In this document: positions 58,471 through 64,000 of the stretch, piece after piece | How the letters are laid out: the number at the start of each line of letters is the position of its first letter | How positions within the stretch are numbered: the first letter of the stretch is position 1 | DNA from: a virus | Length of the DNA: 64,000 nt | Strand: one strand, 5' to 3' | Virus record (IMG/VR): IMGVR_UViG_3300020391_000290 | Span: 32,001-96,000 of that record | Made by a program: the position numbers and the translations under genes | The notes under the pieces: generated by a model | Database searches by the model: none | What the model was told of the DNA's origin: nothing | What the model saw: the letters and a program-made list of their open reading frames with translations, nothing else

Positions 58471-59453
58471 TGAATTACCTCCTCTACTTCTTTGTCTGAC
58501 ATATAACTACAGTTTGGCAATGTTAAACTACACTTTCCTAACTTTTTACTATTTTCCAAATTAAATTCCTTATTATAATGTATCATAGTTTGTATTTGTT
58601 TTTTGTCTAAATATTTTTTTATTTTGTCTCTGTCTTGTGTCTGTATGATAAATTTGCTATATGTACAATTTTTCCTATATTTTGGAAAATTATATATGCT
58701 AGGCAATTCCATAAAATATTTTTCTACAATTTCTCGTCTACGTGATAGATGTATATCTATTAAATCCAAATTTACTTTTAAGGCACTAGCTTCAAAGGTA
58801 CTAAGCATACTATTAATACCTATATTTTTATCATCACCTTGTAATCTTGTTTTTATGGCTTGAGATGCTGTTTGTATATCGTTAGTAACTAAAGCACCTC
58901 CGCTACCAAATGTTGTACAAGGTTTAGATGGACTAAAACTTAGTACACTAAATTTACTATTTGCTAAACTTGTGCCAAAACTTTGTGCAGCATCTTCAAC
59001 TAGTGTTAAGTTATTTTTATTGCACCACTCATCAATATTTTCATGTGCCGGACTACCTAATAATGTGACATACAAAATTGCTCTAGTTTTATTGTTAATT
59101 TTTGTTTGTGCATCTAACAAATTTATGTGATAAAAATTATCAACATCAACTAAAATAGGAACATAGCCGGCTAGCTTTATCGAATTTAAGGTTGCAATAT
59201 AAGTATAATCTGGGACTAATATTTCAGATTCGCGTGGCAAATTTAAATTTCTAAGACCTTGCGTCAAAGCATCTGTACACGAGCTAAAAGTAATTGCATA
59301 TCTTTTATTTACTATAGATGAAATTTTGTCTTCTATTTCTTCTAGCAGAGGACTTTTTTGACACAAGCCTTTTTGATAAGTATTATCTGCAATAGTTTGT
59401 ACCTTACTGCCTACTTCTTTCCAATGTCTATCTAAATTGATAAATTTGACCAT
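58452..59453 (-). CDS. DegT/DnrJ/EryC1/StrS aminotransferase
   Basis: SCTDAL, EDAAQSFG, SFSPSK (PLP lysine), GSGGAL, LTLP. Confidence 0.9.
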   Translation of the reverse strand: MVKFINLDRHWKEVGSKVQTIADNTYQKGLCQKSPLLEEIEDKISSIVNKRYAITFSSCTDALTQGLRNLNLPRESEILVPDYTYIATLNSIKLAGYVPILVDVDNFYHINLLDAQTKINNKTRAILYVTLLGSPAHENIDEWCNKNNLTLVEDAAQSFGTSLANSKFSVLSFSPSKPCTTFGSGGALVTNDIQTASQAIKTRLQGDDKNIGINSMLSTFEASALKVNLDLIDIHLSRRREIVEKYFMELPSIYNFPKYRKNCTYSKFIIQTQDRDKIKKYLDKKQIQTMIHYNKEFNLENSKKLGKCSLTLPNCSYMSDKEVEEVIQCLKEF

Positions 59454-60019
59454 TTTAATAATTCAAAAGCCTCTGCATGATGATTAGTAGTTTCTTGTCC
59501 TCTTAGTTTATTCAGACATATTACACTTTCGATCATATCTTGTGTAACATCTTTGTAGGAATTTATCCATTCAGTTTTTTGTGCTAAAAATCCATCTATA
59601 CCAAAAAAAATGTTAGGATTAAAACTTTTATTACGATTGACGTAAGGAGCCACTTCATACTGTAAAGTCATGCCTTTATATTTCCTTATACTTGCCTGAG
59701 CTATTAAGTTAATGTTTTTATGATCCTGATGACTATCGCCAATATGTGGAATTAGTAAATGTGTATAATCTTTTGCATATAAAATACTATCTAATAGGTC
59801 TACTGTTTTACCGTTGTACTCTGGTCTTCTATTTTCTTCTTCACATAACCAACTTGCTTTATAATTAATTTTTCTCAAATTTGTTTCTACGGCAAACATT
59901 TTTTCATATAAACAATATACAACATGTACTTCTATATTTTTGTTAATTGCACTTAACAAAAATCCTCCTGCACCCATTTCAATATCATCTGGATGAGGAC
60001 TTAATGCTAATATTTTCAA
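59432..60019 (-). CDS. PIG-L/LmbE family N-deacetylase
   Basis: SPHPDDIEMG and HQDH zinc motifs; AEAF C-terminus; TTG start. Confidence 0.9.
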   Translation of the reverse strand: MKILALSPHPDDIEMGAGGFLLSAINKNIEVHVVYCLYEKMFAVETNLRKINYKASWLCEEENRRPEYNGKTVDLLDSILYAKDYTHLLIPHIGDSHQDHKNINLIAQASIRKYKGMTLQYEVAPYVNRNKSFNPNIFFGIDGFLAQKTEWINSYKDVTQDMIESVICLNKLRGQETTNHHAEAFELLKWSNLSI

Positions 60020-60020
60020 G

Positions 60021-60179
60021 TCAGTTCTCCATTTTATCGTCGGATTGAGGCAGATATACTAATGCAATACTACCGCAATTATTACAAGTAAAGTTAGATT
60101 CCATTGCATACTCGTCGTATTCATTACAGTCATGGTCTCCGCCCCATATCATTTCGTCTCCGCAATGCCAACAATTCAT
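60021..60179 (-). CDS. Small zinc-ribbon protein (52 aa)
   Basis: Hand translation MNCWHCGDEMIWGGDHD...FTCNNCGS; two CxxC pairs. Confidence 0.7.
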   Translation of the reverse strand: MNCWHCGDEMIWGGDHDCNEYDEYAMESNFTCNNCGSIALVYLPQSDDKMEN

Positions 60180-60189
60180 TTTATCTCTT

Positions 60190-60996
60190 TTACATGTTAA
60201 TTTTATATGGTTCTATATTTTTTAGCAACTTATTAACAAGTCTATCTGTGTCTGCTATATTCCCTAAAACTATTACACTATATATTTGTTTAATATTCCA
60301 TTCGGGTATTTTATTATAATTACAAAAATCACGGTGATAGTCAATCCACCATTTATTAAAATGTTCTATATCTTTTGATTTTACGTTTTCTAACATATTT
60401 GTATCTTCTAATGCAACACTAAAATTATGTTTTAATAATAACCATGGTTTGACTAGCTCACATATTCTATCTATGTTATTAGGTTCTTTGTCTCTATAAT
60501 AGTCAAAAGGTGTTTTTCCTAATTCTTGCCATTTGACATATATGTCACCTTTTTTAACATGAGTAGTAGATTCTTCTAACAAATTATATTTGAATTTTTT
60601 AATCAAAGGCCCGCCAAAATCTCTCCAATATACTCTTAGTACTTTTGTTTTCTTTCCGGTGACAATCGAGTCTTCAAGTAAATGTATATGTTCATGAAAC
60701 ATCATCCATTTTTTGCTACCATCTGTATTTTTTTCATAAATTACATGCAAATCATTAAGATATTGTTGGTCACGTTTAGCACACAAAGAATAATCTATAG
60801 ATAAATCTAAACGTTTTCCTAATTCTACTATACTATCACATAATAATGTTTTATTGAATGTAAGTCTATTGTCCCATGGATAAAACTGTATAGGCACATG
60901 TTTTAACATTTTATAACCTGGCTCTAGTACTTTCCAGGTATTACTTTGTCTTATTTTAACATCGAATACACTACTATCAGTCAGTGTTAATTGCAT
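60190..60996 (-). CDS. Hypothetical protein
   Basis: 268-aa ORF; LNDLH...FHEHIHLLE and WQELGKTP motifs. Confidence 0.65.
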   Translation of the reverse strand: MQLTLTDSSVFDVKIRQSNTWKVLEPGYKMLKHVPIQFYPWDNRLTFNKTLLCDSIVELGKRLDLSIDYSLCAKRDQQYLNDLHVIYEKNTDGSKKWMMFHEHIHLLEDSIVTGKKTKVLRVYWRDFGGPLIKKFKYNLLEESTTHVKKGDIYVKWQELGKTPFDYYRDKEPNNIDRICELVKPWLLLKHNFSVALEDTNMLENVKSKDIEHFNKWWIDYHRDFCNYNKIPEWNIKQIYSVIVLGNIADTDRLVNKLLKNIEPYKINM

Positions 60997-61111
60997 TATG
61001 TCCTCGGAGTCGTAAGTAGGAACCTTTGCCTTTTTTTGGCTTAATAACCAATGGCTTAAACTTACTTAGAATTTTTGCTAGTGGATTCCTTTTTTTCGTT
61101 TTCTTTTTCAT
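60977..61111 (-). CDS. ArfA-like (alternative ribosome rescue factor A) peptide, 44 aa
   Basis: Hand translation MKKKTKKRNPLAKILSKFKPLVIKPKKGKGSYLRLRGHNAINTD; KKGKGSYxR is the ArfA signature. Confidence 0.65.
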   Translation of the reverse strand: MKKKTKKRNPLAKILSKFKPLVIKPKKGKGSYLRLRGHNAINTD

Positions 61112-61382
61112 GTCCTGCTTTCATCTTTTTATTTAGAGCTCTTGCTAATGCTTGTGCAGGAATATCTTCTGTTAACTGTATTAGCATTTTAGGATTTTGT
61201 TCTTGTAAATCTTTAACTACTTTTTCTGCTTTTTCTTTACGAGTATAAACGTGTACTACGTTATCCTCAAAGTCTCGCATTAAATAGTAGTCTCTTTGTA
61301 AAGAGTTTTCTAAAAATGGAGAACCTTTTGTTTTTAAACCTGAATGTCTAGGCTTTTTTAAATAAACCTTTATCGCGTACAT
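61062..61382 (-). CDS. Hypothetical protein
   Basis: 106-aa ORF in a tightly packed run of small genes. Confidence 0.55.
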   Translation of the reverse strand: MYAIKVYLKKPRHSGLKTKGSPFLENSLQRDYYLMRDFEDNVVHVYTRKEKAEKVVKDLQEQNPKMLIQLTEDIPAQALARALNKKMKAGHEKENEKKESTSKNSK

Positions 61383-61614
61383 TATATCTTTCTATTGTGT
61401 CTAAGGTCATTAACCCTGTAACAAAGTTTTCTATAGCATCCTCAACGTAGTGCATACTATGTCTACTGTAATCGATTATTCCTATCATAGAATCATTTTC
61501 ATAAAATTCTACGTAGTGTTTATCACCAACTTTTTTATATTTTGTATGTCTGTTATTTAACTGTTTTTGAATCATTTTTTGTCTGTATCTTTGTCCAAAA
61601 TTTATGTAAAACAT
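61348..61614 (-). CDS. Hypothetical protein (true start probably the internal MIQKQ)
   Basis: ORF with HSMHYVEDAIENF motif; overlaps both neighbours. Confidence 0.5.
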   Translation of the reverse strand: MFYINFGQRYRQKMIQKQLNNRHTKYKKVGDKHYVEFYENDSMIGIIDYSRHSMHYVEDAIENFVTGLMTLDTIERYNVRDKGLFKKA

Positions 61615-61807
61615 AAAACCAAACTGAATTTACTGCAGGTTCTATTAGTGCTACTGCGCCGGCTTCCCATATACTAGCACCTGTAATTATGCTTACTACT
61701 GTCATAGCAATAAAAATATGTCCTATAAAAAATATAATTGCTAGTAAAATACTATCATCCATTTTGGCTCTTATAACATTTATAATACCTTGTGATAATT
61801 CAGTCAT
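61553..61807 (-). CDS. Small membrane protein (DUF2061-like)
   Basis: Two hydrophobic helices; GAVALIEPAVNSVWFYVLHKFW; likely start MTELSQG. Confidence 0.65.
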   Translation of the reverse strand: MTELSQGIINVIRAKMDDSILLAIIFFIGHIFIAMTVVSIITGASIWEAGAVALIEPAVNSVWFYVLHKFWTKIQTKNDSKTVK

Positions 61808-62015
61808 TTTGTTCCTCTGTAATATCTGTTCTTTTTGATTCATAATATCTGTCAAAAACTGCTTGTGGGCTTAATTTTTTCGATTCCATATATCTGACAG
61901 CATCTCCTGGGCGATTTACGATTCCCATTCTAACAAGGTATGAACATGCTATTATAAATTCATTCTTGTTAGTACCTAATTTATTAATTAGATCCATTGG
62001 ATGTTTTGCACCCAT
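61800..62015 (-). CDS. Hypothetical protein
   Basis: 71-aa ORF with AGGAG RBS. Confidence 0.55.
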   Translation of the reverse strand: MGAKHPMDLINKLGTNKNEFIIACSYLVRMGIVNRPGDAVRYMESKKLSPQAVFDRYYESKRTDITEEQND

Positions 62016-62024
62016 ATATTACTC

Positions 62025-62690
62025 CTATAGAGTTTTAGCTAAAGGAAAGATTTCCGCTATAACCTTAGCACATTCATGAGCTATTTCCATATGCTCTTTT
62101 TGTGTGCCGTTTGCACCACGTAGTTCGATATAATGTACCCAACTTCGTAGTGTGCCATTCATATAAAGTGTTGTTTTTGTTATACCCTCAGGTAACACTT
62201 TACGTGCTTGTTCTTTAGCAATGCCTTGACGGATTGCCCAATCATAATTTTCTTTTGCGATTTTCGCTACTTCTTCTTGTTTTATTTTCCAGTCGTAGTG
62301 TAGGTCACTTTCAGAATCTAAATCAATGCTATTTTGTCTATTTTTTGTATCTTGTAATCTTGCTTCACTATATTCGAATAAATCACCTTGTGCCTCAGGG
62401 TCTGCATAACGTTGACTAAACTCCTGAAAACTAAAACTCCTATGACGTACTATTTGATGTGCAATATCACGTGTAGTTTTTATTTCTAAACAAGCACTAA
62501 CCATTTCTAATGGTGACCAATGCTGGTGCTTTACTAGGTACTTTATTAGTCTTTCACTTGTTTCTGTGTTTATTTGTGCAGATGGATTACTTACTCTAGC
62601 ACAAAAGGCAATTAATTCTTGCACATTGGCAATACCTTCAGCTTCATATTCTAAAGCAGGCTTACTATAACTAACAAGTTTTACTTCCAT
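62025..62690 (-). CDS. thyX: Flavin-dependent thymidylate synthase
   Basis: ARVS, HWSPLE, RHRSFSFQEFSQRY (ThyX motif), EQARKVLP. Confidence 0.95.
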   Translation of the reverse strand: MEVKLVSYSKPALEYEAEGIANVQELIAFCARVSNPSAQINTETSERLIKYLVKHQHWSPLEMVSACLEIKTTRDIAHQIVRHRSFSFQEFSQRYADPEAQGDLFEYSEARLQDTKNRQNSIDLDSESDLHYDWKIKQEEVAKIAKENYDWAIRQGIAKEQARKVLPEGITKTTLYMNGTLRSWVHYIELRGANGTQKEHMEIAHECAKVIAEIFPLAKTL

Positions 62691-63334
62691 TATATTGCGG
62701 CTTTTGCTGGACGACCACGTTTCTTTTTGACTGCTAGTGCAGGGTTAAGTGTAGCAGCTTCTTCCATAAGTCTTGTAACTTCTTTTTCTAATGAAGCCAT
62801 TTGCGTCTTCATTTGATTTGCTTGTTCTACAAGTTGTTCTGCTAATATACTATCAGATAGTATTCCTGCTTCACTTGGAGTACCTACAACTGCGGCTGCA
62901 GCTTGAACTGCGGCTGCATTTTTATCAGGATCAGCAAGTCCTGCCTGTGCATCTAGTTTAGCCATATCTTGAGCCGCTTTACTACCAGTATCTAAATCAT
63001 TAATAATTTTATTAATTTCATCTAAACGTACACCTGGAGTATTTGGACGAGGCATCATAATAATATCTTGAGTACGTACCTTTTTCATAAAACGATTTTT
63101 ATGGATATTATTTAATATTGTTTGTCCGTCACTGCCAACTATGCTATGCAATGCTTCGCCTAAGTTACGAGCTTCTTGTCCTTTATCACTTTGGATTGCA
63201 TTCATTAGGTCATCATGTAAATTTTGTTGTAATTGATCAGGATATACGACTAGTGCCATATGTCCTTCATCTGGTACTTCACGGAATATAACGGCAACTC
63301 TTTTATCACCGTGTTTTCCAACATGTTTAATCAT
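62690..63334 (-). CDS. Hypothetical protein with C-terminal coiled coil and KKRGRP (AT-hook-like) tail
   Basis: Likely start MIKHVGKHG at 63334 behind AAGGA. Confidence 0.65.
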   Translation of the reverse strand: MIKHVGKHGDKRVAVIFREVPDEGHMALVVYPDQLQQNLHDDLMNAIQSDKGQEARNLGEALHSIVGSDGQTILNNIHKNRFMKKVRTQDIIMMPRPNTPGVRLDEINKIINDLDTGSKAAQDMAKLDAQAGLADPDKNAAAVQAAAAVVGTPSEAGILSDSILAEQLVEQANQMKTQMASLEKEVTRLMEEAATLNPALAVKKKRGRPAKAAI

Positions 63335-63641
63335 CTGTTTTTCCTTCGTCTGATATGTCTTCTGCAGTATCTTCACTTGCTGGCGTATCTTCACTTACTG
63401 GATTTTCAGGTTGTGGTACTGCTCCATTTGCAATTAAAAAGTTCATTAATATATTATAAACATTTCCTACTGCTGCCATTTCATTTGCTCTAATAGCACC
63501 ACGTCTACTTACAACTTCTATTATATTAGCCATAACTTTTAAATCGTTCACACCTAATTGTGCTTTTGGTGTTTCAGCTTCAGTAGGTTCCGCTTCTGCT
63601 TCAGCAGTCATTTCTGCAGGTATTGTATCTTCTTCAGACAT
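63327..63641 (-). CDS. Acidic hypothetical protein
   Basis: AAGGAG RBS; core LGVNDLKVMANIIEVVSRRGAIRANEMAAVG. Confidence 0.65.
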   Translation of the reverse strand: MSEEDTIPAEMTAEAEAEPTEAETPKAQLGVNDLKVMANIIEVVSRRGAIRANEMAAVGNVYNILMNFLIANGAVPQPENPVSEDTPASEDTAEDISDEGKTDD

Positions 63642-63671
63642 TAGATTCTCCTTGTGTCATTGATTTTACTT

Positions 63672-63700
63672 ATTTTAGTTTAATAAAATTGTTTTGTCAA
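63672..63700 (-). promoter_or_regulatory. Sigma70-type promoter
   Basis: Minus strand TTGACA-N17-TAAAAT upstream of 63641. Confidence 0.65.
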
Positions 63701-63729
63701 TAAAATTATTCATTATATGCTACTATAAC

Positions 63730-63736
63730 TATTTAT
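63730..63736 (-). promoter_or_regulatory. Possible late promoter ATAAATA
   Basis: Minus-strand ATAAATA at the start of the intergenic region. Confidence 0.4.
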
Positions 63737-63999
63737 TAACCTTTATTATCCGGTCGGAATAATTTTAGATTGTTTATATCTATGTTCTGTCCTACGCCAT
63801 ATCCAATTAAACAACCTACATCTGGAGTAGGGCCTATTTCTGTAAGTGCCCATTCTTTAGTTTCCGGATTTATGCTTAAAAATATATCTACTCTAATTAT
63901 TCCAACATCAGGTTTATTACCTATGCCAGTTCCACGCCATACTATTTTTAGTCCTTTAGATATACCAATTTTTGCAATTTGATCTAAAGGACCGCATGA
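63736..63999 (-). CDS. Hypothetical protein, C-terminal part (5' truncated)
   Basis: Open frame SCGPLDQ...INPETKEWALTE...GCLIGYG...NKG then stop. Confidence 0.55.
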   Translation of the reverse strand, partial: SCGPLDQIAKIGISKGLKIVWRGTGIGNKPDVGIIRVDIFLSINPETKEWALTEIGPTPDVGCLIGYGVGQNIDINNLKLFRPDNKG

Positions 64000-64000
64000 T

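Noticed and set aside
63770-63982. 70-aa plus-strand ORF
   Set aside because: Antisense to a more plausible truncated minus-strand gene.
1-64000. Stop-codon reassignment
   Set aside because: Recognisable genes are full length in the standard code, and TAA, TAG and TGA all end genes.
1-64000. CRISPR array, tRNAs, DGR/retron reverse transcriptase, integrase or transposase
   Set aside because: No regularly spaced repeats, cloverleafs or corresponding protein motifs were seen by eye.

Overview
AT-rich segment of a large T4-superfamily-like myophage genome, with near-continuous coding in the standard bacterial code. I saw no tRNA, rRNA, CRISPR array or transposase. Left end: gp26/gp51-like chaperone pair joined by a likely -1 frameshift site; a ~385-nt GC-richer, hairpin-dense non-coding block directly downstream of a GIY-YIG nuclease gene; an Hc1-like peptide; gp46/gp47 (Rad50/Mre11) and a gp55-like late sigma factor, interleaved with a radical SAM and an amidinotransferase. 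Middle (8.2-38.4 kb): baseplate/tail-fibre operon with T4-type ATAAATA late promoters, including a 4423-aa protein. Right (38.4-60 kb): ~21-kb tailoring-enzyme island with four glycosyltransferase-like genes, six radical SAM enzymes (one B12-dependent), carbamoyltransferase, PurN, APS-kinase-like, cytidylyltransferase-like, DUF59, epimerase, DegT aminotransferase and PIG-L deacetylase. It is followed by small genes including an un-called ArfA-like peptide and thyX. Best candidates for undescribed biology: (1) the putative large structured RNA beside the GIY-YIG nuclease, (2) the radical-SAM/aminosugar tailoring island next to the fibre genes, (3) the frameshifted chaperone, (4) the ArfA-like peptide. 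All product calls come from motif recognition by eye; no database searches or folding programs were run.
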